From Macrostomum hystrix (lineage: Eukaryota > Animalia > Platyhelminthes), in NCBI GenBank assembly GCA_950097015.1, contig CATNEN010000024.1:5642001-5706000 (forward strand): DNA of 64,000 bases, written 5' to 3'. Below the pieces are notes generated by a model. That model ran no database searches. It was not told the DNA's origin and saw only the letters and a list, made by a program, of their open reading frames with translations. Each line of letters begins with the position of its first letter. The stretch's first letter is position 1. Below, one piece after another: positions 51,280-63,460 of this stretch. Position numbers and translations under genes: made by a program.

Positions 51280-54200
51280 ATGGTTTTCTACAGTGCTGGG
51301 CATCAGAATGACTATGCTCAGTTGAAATCTGGACCAGGTGGCAGCAAGCAAGCTGCACTTCAACCTTGGTTTGCTGCGCTGATTTTCATTCTGTTCCTGG
51401 AGACTGGATCGCAAGCTATCAACATCGGTAAGAGCAGCGCAGGCTTTTAATATACGAGTGCTGCTCTAGCAGGCTCGTATAGCAGCTAGAAAAAATACTT
51501 TTTGTGCTTTAACCGTTTACCGAATAAGTGTATTAAGAATCTTCATCATAATAAAATTTGCTCCCTTTCACGCTCAGAACTATTCCAAAGCTTAAAAACA
51601 TCGAAGCTTAAAAATCTCAGAACCACCGAAAGTCAAAGCGTCACAACCTCGAAGCCTAAAAATCTCAGAACCACCGACAGTCAAAGCGTCACAACCTCGA
51701 AGCTTAACAGTCTCAGAACCACCGGAAGTCAAAACGTCCCAACCTCGAAGCTTAACAATCTCAGAAGCACCTAAAGTCAAAACGTCACAACCTCGAAGCT
51801 TAACAATCTCAGAACCACAGAAAGTCAAAGCGTCACAACCTCGAAGCTTAACAATCTCAGAACCACAGAAAGTCAAAACGTCACAACCTCGAAGCTTAAC
51901 AATCTCAGAACCACCGAAAGTCAAAACGTCCCAACCTCGAAGCTTAACAATCTCAGAACCACCGAAAGTCAAAACGTCACAACCTCGAAGCTTAACAATC
52001 TCAGAAGCACCGAAAGTCAAAACGTCACAACCTCGAAGCTTACAAATCTCAGAACCACCGAAAGTCAAAGCGTCACAACCTCGAAGCTTAACAGTCTCAG
52101 AACCACAGAAAGTCGAAACGTCCCAACCTCGAAGCTTAACAATCTCAGAAGCACAGAAAGTCAAAACGTCACAACCTCGAAGCTTAACAATCTCAGAACC
52201 ACCGAAAGTCAAAACGTCACAACCTCGAAGCTTAACAATCTTAGAACCACCGAAAGTCAAAACGTCCCAACCTCGAAGCTTAACAATCTCAGAACCACCG
52301 AAAGTCAAAACGTCACAACCTCGAAGCTTAACAATCTCAGAAGCACCGAAAGTCAAAACGTCACAACCTCGAAGCTTACAAATCTCAGAACCACCGAAAG
52401 TCAAAGCGTCACAACCTCGAAGCTTAACAGTCTCAGAACCACAGAAAGTCGAAACGTCCCAACCTCGAAGCTTAACAATCTCAGAAGCACAGAAAGTCAA
52501 AACGTCACAACCTCGAAGCTTAACAATCTCAGAACCACCGAAAGTCAAAACGTCACAACCTCGAAGCTTAACAATCTTAGAACCACCGAAAGTCAAAACG
52601 TCCCAACCTCGAAGCTTAACAATCTCAGAACCACCGAAAGTCAAAACGTCCCAACCTCGAAGCTTAACAATCTCAGAACCACCGAAAGTCAAAGCGTCAC
52701 AACCTCGAAGCTTAACAGTCTCAGAACCACCGGAAGTCAAAACGTCCCAACCTCGAAGCTTAACAACCTCAGAAGCACCTAAAGTCAAAACGTCACAACC
52801 TCGAAGCTTAACAATCTCAGAACCACCGAAAGTCAAAACGTCACAACCTCGAAGCTTAACAATCTCAGAACTAACACAAGCTCAAAACTCCACCAGTTGA
52901 AAATGTCACAACCTCGAAGTTTAACAAGCTCAAAGCGATGCAGCATCGAAGCCTAAGACAAGCGCGGAGCTATACACAAGCTCAAAGCGCCACGACCTAA
53001 AACCTTAACAAGCGTGCTAAAGAAAATTTTCTGGCACAAAGAAATTTAACAATGGTAGATTTATCGCATTCCTGAGACGAAGAAATCATTAAAGTAAAGA
53101 TTTGTGGAGTGTCCTCGTAAATAACTTTTATGAGTACTGCAGTCTTTTTCTGATCAGAATTCTGAAAACTCAATTGTAATTTACTGCCCTTAATTATTGA
53201 ACAGGCGTTCATAACGACGAACAGATCCTCAGTTTTCTATCGAGTTTGAATGGCTCGGAAGTGGCTCGCAGATTCAATGCGACACCGGGTGGGACTGGCG
53301 GAAAATTTATCAACGCCAGCAGATTCGCGGTTGGCCCAGATCCCGAGACTTTGGAGCAAATGCGGTCATGTGAGTTACGCTAACGGGAAGGGAGTGAGGT
53401 AGGTGGAGCAGTAAGCTGGGTGGGTTAATGAGGAGGGTGGAGGAGGATAGAGAACTTTAGTTGAGTAAAGTAGTAAAGTGGATAAAGTAGTAAAGTGGAT
53501 AAATGAGTGATGCGGGTGGAGGAGTGAGGTGGGTGGATGAGTGAGGTGGGTAGAGGAGTGAGGTGGCTAGAGGAGTGAGGTGGCTAGAGGAGTGAGGTGG
53601 GTGGAGGAGTGAGGTAGGTAGAGGAGTGAGTTGGGTGGAGGAGTGAGGTGGGTGGAGGAGTGAGGTGGATGGAGGAATGAGGTGGGTGGAGGAATGAGGT
53701 GGGTAGAGGAGTGAGGTGAATTTAGGAGTGAGGTGAATTTAGGAGTGAGGTGGGTAGAGGAGTGAGGTCGCAGGATGAGTGAGGTGAATTTAGGAGTGAG
53801 GTGGGTAGAGGAGTGAGGTCGCAGGATGAGTGAGGTGAATTTAGGAGTGAGGTGGGTAGAGGAGTGAGGTCGCAGGATGAGTGAGGTGAATTTAGGAGTG
53901 AGGTGGGTAGAGGAGTGAGGTCGCAGAAGGAATGAGGTGGGTAGAGGAGTGAGGTGGCTGGAGGAGTGAGGTGGGTGGAGGAATGAGGTGGTTAGAGGAG
54001 TGAGGTGAATTTAGGAGTGAGGTGGGTAGAGGAGTGAGGTCGCAGGAGGAGTGAGGTGAATTTAGGAGTGAGCTGGCTGAGGGAGTAAAGTGGATGGACG
54101 AGTGAGTTGGCTAGAGTAGTGAGGTAGATAGAGGAGTAAAGTTGATGAAGGACTGAGGTGGGTAGAGGAGTAAGGTCGGTGGAAAAGTGAGGTGGTTGGA

Positions 54201-57200
54201 GGGGTGAGTTCAGTTTAAGAGTGAGCTGCTTGAAGGAGTGAAGCGAGTGGTTGCCGCAATGAGATGGGGGGCAAATCGACAAAAAAAATACGCTTTTCTT
54301 TCCGTTGCAGACATCGAGACAGTCAGGAAGAATCCTCCCGATTTGATAATCGGCAGTTTTAACGGCACCATAGCAGCCATAGCCAGCGAGCTGGGCATTC
54401 CATGTTATTGCACCAGTCCCAGCCATCAAAACAGGGTCCTGGAGGATTTCAGCTACCTTCGCGGCAGCTCCCTACTTTTAATGAATTCTTACACCGAGGA
54501 CATGGTGGCGGCCTCGCAGAAGCTGACTAACACCGTCCTTCAGCGACGGGCTCTTATTGTCATTGCAGACACCGTCAGCGACAGTAAGGAACCTCTTCTT
54601 ATTTTTGTTTATCTCTTCTATTGAAGGGTTGCGAAGGATATAATCGTCTTTTTTTGTCCGATCTCTTGAAGGACTAAGGCTGGAGTGGGGTGGGGACCAT
54701 TGGGTTGAGTACAGGAAGGGGTGAGGTGGGCGCAGTAGTGAGGTGGGCGCAGTAGTGAGGTAAGCGCAGGAGTGAGTTGGGCGCAGGAGTGAGGTAAGCG
54801 CAGGAGTGAGTTGGGCGCAGGAGTGAGGTAAGCGCAGGAGTGAGGTAAGCGCAGGAGTGAGTTGGGCGCAGGATTGAAGCGGGACCTACTGATGAATCAT
54901 TTAACATTAGGCTCCTAATTTTTCTTTCCAGGCTTGAATTATCTGCTGAATTCTCTGTCAAATCAGGAACTTCATGTGGTACTTCTTCGCAACTCCAGCA
55001 ACGCCAGCTTTATTCACGAATCATTGTACAACACCAGCCAAAGAGCTAACATTACTGCGGCCGTGTTCCAGACATTGTTCTCGTCTGCACCTATGTTGGG
55101 GAATGTACTGCCTGAGGTAGGTGTCCAGTAAATGCTTTGAACTACTTTGCATGACAGCTGAAGTTGGAATAGACTAAAAAGTGATCTAAAAAAGGCTCGT
55201 GACAAGCTCCACAAAAGAAGCAAGAATTCCTCAATAAATTGTTTTGCTTGCAGGCCGCCGCGCTAAGTCTGATGAAGAACACAACATACTGGATTGTCAC
55301 AGACTTGGTAAGAATTTCCGCAACAACTTTAAGTCTTGTTGGTTCGCTCACACTTTAATATTAGTTGGAAGCCCGCTGTTTATGTATGTGACACTCATAA
55401 GAATGGCCTCTACTCATAATCGGAAAGAAATAAATAGCTAGGTTTGTGTCAATCGGTTGCAACAAAGACCTCAGGGTTTCCAAATTTGTGAGAGGAGATG
55501 ATACTGAAGCCCGAGCCAAACTATCCACGGCTTTCAGTTCCCTGATGTCGCGCAGCTGATGGCCTACCGCAGAACCGGTTGTGCGGTCTTCTCGTTCGCC
55601 CTCTCGACAGCAAATGTGACCTCAGCTGCCAAGCTGTCGCTTGCCATGGCGGAGGACGCAGTCGGGCACTTTCTAAAGGCAACTGCGGGCGGAGCCGCGT
55701 TCAACTTTAGTGCGGCTTCGACAGTGAGTCTGATCTGACACTCACTATATAAGCTTTTCTTAAAGTATTTTTCTTTTATGGAAGCCCTTTCTCAAGATGG
55801 CCACAACCCCCACTCGAGCTGTTAATGAACACAACCCCACTCGAGCTGTTTATGGCCACAACCCCACTCTATCTGTATAAGGGCCGAAAAAGAAATTAGA
55901 GTAATTTAAAAAAATTAGATTAAAGTTAAAGAGACAGTTTCATGAAAAACTGGGTAACTATCCGCAGACCAGCTACTCGGGTGTGCTGGGACAGCTACAG
56001 TTCAATGTCGTCACTAGGCGAAATCAATTGAGTCGTCTGAAAATTATGATGACGTCACATAAACTTCCTTACATAGACGAGGTGAGTATGCTGTCGCGCA
56101 CCATCATTCATTATGTCTCTTACGGTATTGATCTCCATCAATATTCTTCTCGTATTGAACTTTCAGTTCGGAATTTGGGCCAAGAGCAATGCGGATGGCA
56201 TCACACTGCTACACGGCGGCTTAACTAATAAACTTCCCAGTCTCAAGGTGCTGGCGTTCATGGTGAGTCCGAAAGCTTCTGGAATAGAGTCAAAAAATAG
56301 TCTCACGGATAAAAAATAGCATTGATAATCAACAATCTAACATAAGACAATCGATGATCTACCAGAGACAAGCAATCTTCTATGACTATTCACTCAAACA
56401 TTCTACGGTAGACGACAAGAGTTATGCCATAGACGATCAAATATTTTACGGTAGATGACAAGAGTTATGACATAGACGAACAAATATTCTTCGTTAGACG
56501 GCAAGAGTTATGCCATAAACAATCAAATATTCTACGGTAGACGATCCACATTCTTCCATCGAAACAAGAGTTATGCCATAGACGATCAAATATTCTACGG
56601 TAGACGATCCGCATTCTTCCAAAGAGAGACAATCAAAAGTTCACCACAGAAAACCATCTTGCTACGAGCGTACCTGAAGCAATCAATAGCCTACCTTTGG
56701 ACGATAATCAACGTCAATTTCAGCAAGAGCCATTCATGATGAGCTCAGCCACTGAGTACTATGGCTTTAGCGTCAGTGTGCTGTCGGACATCAGCAACGG
56801 GTTGTTCGACCTGGATATTGTGCCAGTTTCGGAATTCTCCAGTCTGCTGCCTTTACTGCGCCAAGGGGTCTGTCATACCAGATACTCATACATTAATTGT
56901 AAATATTTCTAATAGAAGCATAAAAGCTGCTTAATAAATCCCGATGAAAATCTCCTAAAGGTGGGCGACATCATCGCGAATCCCATACAGCTGCCGTTGG
57001 ACAGCAGCAAGAATGACTCGAACGTGAGCTATTCTTCCTGGCCGCTGATGTACACAAGCGTGACGGCCCTAGGCTTCGCCGAGACGCCCGCGCTGGACTT
57101 CCTCAGCCCGCTCTATCCGTTCTCCTGGAACGTCTGGCTAGCCGTGATCGTCGCCTTCGTAGTGTTGTCGGCAACTCTCTATTCCACCGACAAGATCAGC

Positions 57201-60200
57201 CCCAACGATTACAGGCGGCCAAAGTTCAGCATAGCCGAGTCCGTCTTCTTCGTCTATTCGTCCTTCATGATGTCAAAATTGCGCGCCACTGCCGTCAAGC
57301 CATCGTCTCGCATCTTCATCCTGATCCTGTGGTTCGCCTCGCTGATGTACTGCACAACCTACGGCACCAACGCCTTCTTCATGCTGATCCGCAGCAATCG
57401 CGGCCTGCCGTTCACCTCGCTAACCACTCTGTACAACCAGAGCAGCCAATTCTACCGGGTGATGGTGGAAAACAGCACCAGCTTGCAGGTGCTGGCGGCC
57501 CAGCCGGAGGGATCTGTGTACAAGTCTCTGGTTCCGACCAGCCTGCTGGTCGAGTCCGCAGATGCCGCCGTGTCGTTGGTGAATAACCAGACGAGACTGC
57601 CGGATGGCCGGCGGCCAATCTACGTCGGTGACGGCGCCACAATCAACTACATTGTGGCCAAGTCGTGTGATTTGACAACCACCGGATCTGACGAACTGCA
57701 CCGGCCTTTGCACCTGGCAATGAGGACCGGATTGAATGCCAGACTGCGGAGACTTATCAGCGATCGGATACAGGTGATGTCCGACCACGGCCTGCTGGAC
57801 CAGTATCAGGACATGTGAGCGGAAGCTGCCTTACTGCTGCGGATGACAGACAAGATAAGAAGCAATTGCTAGGCATCATAAGGAATAGATACTTGGACAA
57901 CATTGGAGGGATCAGGGCCAAAGGGCAATAAAAGATAAGTGCCTGAAAGCGTTGGGAAGCAAGCCGCATTGGGATTAGTTGGGGATAGCTGGCAAGCATG
58001 AAAGATTTTTACCTGGATATTCACTAATTTAAATATATTCTAACCTGGGTTGCTACTTGCTGTACTTGCTGTCTTTGGGGTATGCACTTGCTGTCTTTGG
58101 GGTATGTACTTGCTGTCTTTGGGGTATGCACTTGCTGTCTTTGGGGTATGTACTTGCTGTCTTTGGGGTATGCACTTGCTGTCTTTGGGGTATGTACTTG
58201 CTGTCTTTGGGGTATGCACTTGCTGTCTTTGGGGTATGTACTTGCTGTCTTTGGGGTATGTACTTGCTGTCTTTGGGGTATGTACTTGCTGTCTTTGGGG
58301 TATGTACTTGCTGTCTTTGGGGTATGTACTTGCTGTCTTTGGGGTATGTACTTGCTGTCTTTGGGGTATGTACTTGCTGTCTTTGGGGCATGTACTTGCT
58401 GTCTTTGGGGCATGTACTTGCTGTCTTTGGGGCATGTACTTGCTGTCTTTGGGGTATGTACTTGCTGTCTTTGGGGTATGCACTTGCTGTCTTTGGGGTA
58501 TGTACTTGCTGTCTTTGGGGTATGTACTTGCTGTCTTTGGGGCATGTACTTGCTGTCTTTGGGGTATGTACTTGCTGTCTTTGGGGCATGTACTTGCTGT
58601 CTTTGGGGCATGTACTTGCTGTCTTTGGGGCATGTACTTGCTGTCTTTGGGGTATGTACTTGCTGTCTTTGGGGTATGCACTTGCTGTCTTTGGGGTATG
58701 TACTTGCTGTCTTTGGGGTATGCACTTGCTGTCTTTGGGGTATGTACTTGCTGTCTTTGGGGTATGTACTTGCTGTCTTTGGGGTATGTACTTGCTGTCT
58801 TTAGGGGTGATAATAATACCTACGGGAGGGCTGTGCTCACTGGCACATAATCTGATGACACTAGACCCGCAGCCAGCGAGGTGGCAATTCTGTCCATTCC
58901 GCTGACTCCCGAGCACACACGCACACAGATACTGTATGCCGGCACACACTCACAAAGGGTATCTCTAAGAATAAATGTAAGAGTAGAATTGTGATAATAA
59001 TAATTAATATGTTTCAATGCCACAGGTACTGGTCAGCCGTTAAATGCTCCTCAAATGACAACCTTATCAATGTCAAGGAGCTGAGCTCGATTAGAATCGA
59101 ACAAGTCTCCGGCATTTTCATTGTGCTGGCCTGCGCATTGGTACTGTCCTTCTTTGTCCTGCTGCTGGAGTATGCTGTACACCAGCTACAGCTGTACTGG
59201 CACCGCAATGCAAGTGCTGCCTCATCAACTGTCTTTCTGTACCGGGTGTCTGTCCTTCTGTACTGGGTGTCTGTCCTTCTGTACCGGGTGTCTGTCCTTC
59301 TGTACCGGGTGTCTGTCCTTCTGTACCGGGTGTCTGTCCTTCTGTACCGGGTGTCTGTCCTTCTGTTCCGGGTGTCTGTCCTTCTGTACCGGCTGACTGT
59401 CATTCAGTACCGGGTGTCTGCCTTTATATCTTTCAATCGACACTTCGAACTTTGAATTTAAGGCAACAGAAATTCATTAAATTCAAACCATCCAGAAAGT
59501 GAATGCCCGCCTGGAATTCATGACGCCATACCGAGCAGAGGTTACCTGCGTCTCACCTCTTGGAATTTACATCCGGGTGCAGGGCTGGCAGGAATTCCTG
59601 CCGAACCAGATGCTATCGCCTGATCCCAACAAGGTTTGTACACTCTGTTCTATTCCATTCTATTTCATTCTATTACATTCCATTCCATTATATTACGAGC
59701 TACATTATATTCATTTCTATTCCATTCTATTTCATTCTATTACATTCTATTCCATTCTTTTCAATTCTATTCACTTCTATTACATTCTATTCACTTCTAT
59801 TACATTATATTCCATTCTATTCCATTCTATTCCATTCTATTCAATTCTATTACATTCTATTCCATTCCATTCAATTCAAGCCCGTATTCTAGGTCTGCAG
59901 GATAGATGTGGAATTCTATGTATCTTTCAGCCGCATCTACTCTATTTGTTAGCTGAAATTTCACCGCATAAACAATGAGCTCTGCTAGCCACAGATGACA
60001 TCACTTAAAACAAAAACTGTAGCAGTCGCCAGCCAGAACATCTTTATTCAGTAAGCCGTGTAACAGAAATGTCACATCGCTGGAAGTCAAGTTGAAAGGT
60101 GATCCGTCACGAGCACGCACGGCTTTGCTGCTGCTGGGCGCTTCATCTGTCTTCCGTGTTTTTACCATGTGTATTCCTTCCGATTTTCAGTTTAATAATG

Positions 60201-60379
60201 GTCAATTGCAAAATCGGAAACACAGAGACAGTGATTTCAGGTTTCTGTTCGCTAATTTTTCAATCCCGCAGAAAATCAGCGCCGCCGATCTGCAGATTCG
60301 CAACGGTGACACAGTGGAAGTTGTGTACTTTGGCAACGACCCCAAAACTGGAGAGCGACTGTTTAAGAGGAGCGGCTGA
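51280..60379 (+). CDS. Divergent ionotropic glutamate receptor-like channel with a predicted C-terminal PNPase-type S1 domain (~880-895 aa)
   Basis: Exons 51280-51427, 53205-53369, 54311-54583, 54932-55116, 55254-55307, 55538-55723, 55968-56081, 56167-56262, 56724-56867, 56961-57814, 59026-59209 (or -59245), 59496-59633 and 60272-60379, all phase-consistent. Signal peptide; ATD (LIIG..IP, YWIVTDL, GVLGQLQF); S1 lobe (EPFMM..YYGFSV); M1 PFSWNVWLAVIVAF; pore FSIAESVFFVYSSFMMSK; M3 SRIFILILWF; S2; YWSAVKC; M4 EQVSGIFIVLACALVLSFFVLLLEY. The iGluR call is strong; the join to the last two exons is inferred. Confidence 0.88.
51595..52925. repeat. 48-bp minisatellite, ~27 copies
   Basis: aacctcgaagcttaacaatctcagaaccaccgaaagtcaaaacgtcac; iGluR intron 1. 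Confidence 0.96.
53385..54235. repeat. ~17-bp purine-rich repeat (gaggagtgaggtgggt-)
   Basis: iGluR intron 2. Confidence 0.9.
54715..54875. repeat. 17-bp repeat (gcgcaggagtgaggtaa)
   Basis: iGluR intron 3; related to the intron 2 array. Confidence 0.85.
56340..56625. repeat. Degenerate ~45-bp repeat (tagacgatcaaatattctacggtagacgacaagagttatgcca)
   Basis: iGluR intron 8. Confidence 0.75.
58060..58802. repeat. 22-bp minisatellite (tacttgctgtctttggggtatg)
   Basis: iGluR intron 10. Confidence 0.96.
59233..59420. repeat. 21-bp repeat (ctgtaccgggtgtctgtcctt)
   Basis: Immediately after the M4 exon. Confidence 0.9.
59496..60379 (+). CDS. S1 (OB-fold) RNA-binding domain of PNPT1/PNPase type, encoded by two exons
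   Basis: Exons 59496-59633 and 60272-60379 give KVNARLEFMTPYRAEVTCVSPLGIYIRVQGWQEFLPNQMLSPDPNK|KISAADLQIRNGDTVEVVYFGNDPKTGERLFKRSG*. As recalled, metazoan PNPT1 S1 reads [24 protein letters not shown]...LLHNTQL...[28 protein letters not shown]. Confidence 0.8.
59645..59880. repeat. 5-bp satellite (attct/attcc)
   Basis: Intron splitting the S1 domain. Confidence 0.9.
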
Positions 60380-60454
60380 TTTGAAAGTTAACGATTGCGC
60401 ACTTTGATTGTTACAACTGCTGCTTCTAGTACAGTAAAATCTAACTGAACATTC

Positions 60455-61240
60455 ATGGGAGAAAGGAGAGAGTTGGGGAGAACGGGAAGTGTTGGGGGAG
60501 AAAGGAGAGAGTTGGGGAGAAAGGGAAGTAGTGGGGGAGAATGGAGAGAGTAGAGGGAATGAGAAAGTATAGGGGAGAAATAGGAGAGTTATGAGAGTTA
60601 TGGGAGGAAGGAGAGAGTAGGGGCAAAAAGGAGAGAGTAAAGAGAAATGAGAAAGTAGGGGAGAAATAAGAGAGTTAGGCGAGAAATGTGAGAGTTGGGG
60701 GAGAAAGGAGAGAGTTGGGGGAGAAATGTGAGAGTTGGGGGAGAAATGTGAGAGTTGGGGGAGAAATGAGAGAGTTGGGGGAGAAATGAGGGAGTTGGGG
60801 GAGAAATGTGAGAGTTGGGGGAGAAATGAGAGAGTTGGGGGAGAAATAAGAGAGTTGGGGGAGAAATGAGAGAGTTGGGGGAGAAATGTGAGAGTTGGGG
60901 GAGAAATGAGAGAGTTGGGGGAGAAATAAGAGAGTTGGGGGAGAAATGAGGGAGTTGGGGGAGAAATAAGAGAGTTGGGGGAGAAATGAGAGAGTTGGGG
61001 GAGAAATGAGGGAGTTAGGCGAGAAATGAGAGAGTTGGGGGAGAAATGAGAGAGTTGGGGGAGAAAGGAGAGAGTTGGGGGAGAAATGAGGGAGTTGGGG
61101 GAGAAAGGAGAGAGTTAGGGGAAAAATGAGAGAGTTGGGGAAAAAGGAGAGAGTTGGGGGAGAAAGGAGAGAGTTGGGGGAGAAAGGAAAGAGTAAGTGG
61201 AGAAATGAGGGAATTGGGGGAGAATGGACAGAGTGGGAAA
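60455..61240. repeat. 20-bp purine-rich repeat (gagaaatgagagagttgggg)
   Basis: Downstream of the iGluR-S1 stop codon. Confidence 0.93.
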
Positions 61241-61919
61241 GTAGGAAATGAATTTCAGCAGACTATTTTTTCGCATATCACAATGTAATTAATACGAATT
61301 CTTTTCCTACGGCATTAAGGCTGACTGCAACGTCAAAACAAATAAAACTGATTGTACAGAGAGCAGTCAAAGCTTCTCAGCAGAAATTTAAGCCAGTGAG
61401 CGTATCCACTGTCATACTACTAGCAATTTTTCCTCTGCACTTGTCCACCCAGCTGAGCTGATTTGCAGTTGAGTTGGAATGTGAGACAAAGTGTATTGAG
61501 GCCAGCGGCTCAGAGTGAGCAGTGAAGCGTTTGAGCACGGGAGATGGGAAAAGGTTTGGAAGAAGATCCTAAGAGTGTGGCGACCGGTTTCCCCTTAGCA
61601 TTCTTTAGGCGTCTATTTTGTCGAGCAGAAAATGAGTAAGGAGAAGCATTAAAAATGGGATATCGTCAATTACATGCAACCAACCAGCCTGGAACTTGTG
61701 TACGCTCACTCTGTGGGCAGCCTATGACTCGTTCTTTAATGACCAAAATCATGTCTGAAAAGCACAAGATTCTCGGCCAAAACATCATCTCAACATCGGA
61801 AATAATTTTTTCAAACTCAGCGTTTCTATGACAAATTCGAATATTCATTTTTTGTTCTCACTATTTTCTCATTTATATTAACTCCTAGCATTGATGTTTT
61901 CGAAAATAACGACTTGTTG

Positions 61920-63460
61920 TCATTCTCATGATTATAATTCTCGCGATTCTCATTCTCATGATTCTCATTCTCATGATTCTCATTCTCATGAATCTCATTC
62001 TCCTGATTCTCATTCTCCTGATTCTCATTCTCATGATTCTCATTCTCCTGATTCTCATTCTCCTGATTCTCATTCTCATGAATCTCATTCTCCTGATTCT
62101 CATTCTCATGATTCTCATTCTCATGATTCTCATTCTCCTGATTCTCATTCTCATGAATCTCATTCTCCTGATTCTCATTCTCCTGATTCTCATTCTCATG
62201 ATTCTCATTCTCCTGATTCTCATTCTCCTGATTCTCATTCTCATGATTCTCATTCTCCTGATTCTTATTCTCCTGATTCTCATTCTCATGAATCTCATTC
62301 TCCTGATTCTCATTCTCCTGATTCTCATTCTCATGATTCTCATTCTCCTGATTCTTATTCTCCTGATTATCATTCTTATGATTCTCATTCTCCTGATTGT
62401 CATTCTCCTGATTCTCATTCTCATGATTGTCATTCTCCTGATTCTTATTCTCCTGATTATCATTCTTATGATTCTCATTCTCCTGATTCTCATTCTCCTG
62501 ATTCTCATTCTCATGATTCTCATTCTCCTGATTCTTATTCTCCTGATTCTCATTCTCATGAATCTCATTCTCCTGATTCTCATTCTCCTGATTCTCATTC
62601 TCATGATTCTCATTCTCCTGATTCTTATTCTCCTGATTATCATTCTCATGATTCTCATTCTCCTGATTGTCATTCTCCTGATTGTCATTCTCATGATTGT
62701 CATTCTCACAATTGGCATTCTCATGATTGTCATTCTCATGATTCTCATTCTCATGATTCTCATTCTCCTGATTCTTATTCTCCTGATTCTCATTCTCAAG
62801 ATTCTCATTCTCATGATTCTCATTCTCATGTTTCTCATTCTCATGATTCTCATTCTCCTGATTCTCATTCTCATGATTCTCATTCTCCTGATTCTTATTC
62901 TCCTGATTCTCATTCTCATGAATCTCATTCTCCTGATTCTCATTCTCCTGATTCTCATTCTCATGATTCTCATTCTCCTGATTCTTATTCTCCTGATTCT
63001 CATTCTCATGAATCTCATTCTCCTGATTCTCATTCTCCTGATTCTTATTCTCCTGATTCTTATTCTCCTGATTCTCATTCTTATGATTCTCATTCTCCTG
63101 ATTCTCATTCTCCTGATTGTCATTCTCCTGATTGTCATTCTCATGATTGTCATTCTCACAATTGGCATTCTCATGATTGTCATTCTCATGATTCTCATTC
63201 TCATGATTCTCATTCTCATGATTCTCATTCTCTGATTCTCATTCTCAAGATTCTCATTCTCATGATTCTCATTCTCTGATTCTCATTCTCAAGATTCTCA
63301 TTCTCATGATTCTCATTCTCATGATTCTCATTCTCTGATTCTCATTCTCAAGATTCTCATTCTCATGATTCTCATTCTCTGATTCTCATTCTCATGATTC
63401 TCATTCTCATGAATCTCATTCTCCTGATTCTCATTCTCAAGATTCTCATTCTAATGAGAA
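61920..63460. repeat. 15-bp minisatellite (tctcattctcctgat)
   Basis: About 100 copies. Confidence 0.96.

Noticed and set aside
51592-52836. 414-aa minus-strand ORF (LRGCDVLTFGGSEIVK)n resembling a Cys-containing LRR
   Set aside because: It is a 48-bp intronic satellite that happens to lack stops; the 16-aa period is too short for an LRR, and it is antisense within iGluR intron 1.
59520-60379. Standalone S1 protein starting at the internal ATG, or the 3' end of an intact PNPT1 gene
   Set aside because: An acceptor and an open frame precede the ATG, and no RNase PH/KH exons or promoter fit between M4 and 59496; fusion is more parsimonious but unproven.
61666-61848. 60-aa minus ORF
   Set aside because: Short, with no motif or splice support.
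6547-63279. Dozens of long repetitive ORFs (e.g. 6547-7110, 7721-8270, 14707-15371, 16013-17850, 19674-20532, 24503-25120, 30681-31611, 40773-42115, 45925-46878, 58024-58949, 61885-63279)
   Set aside because: They are open in several frames and strands because the repeat units lack stops; most lie inside introns and have no unique coding context.
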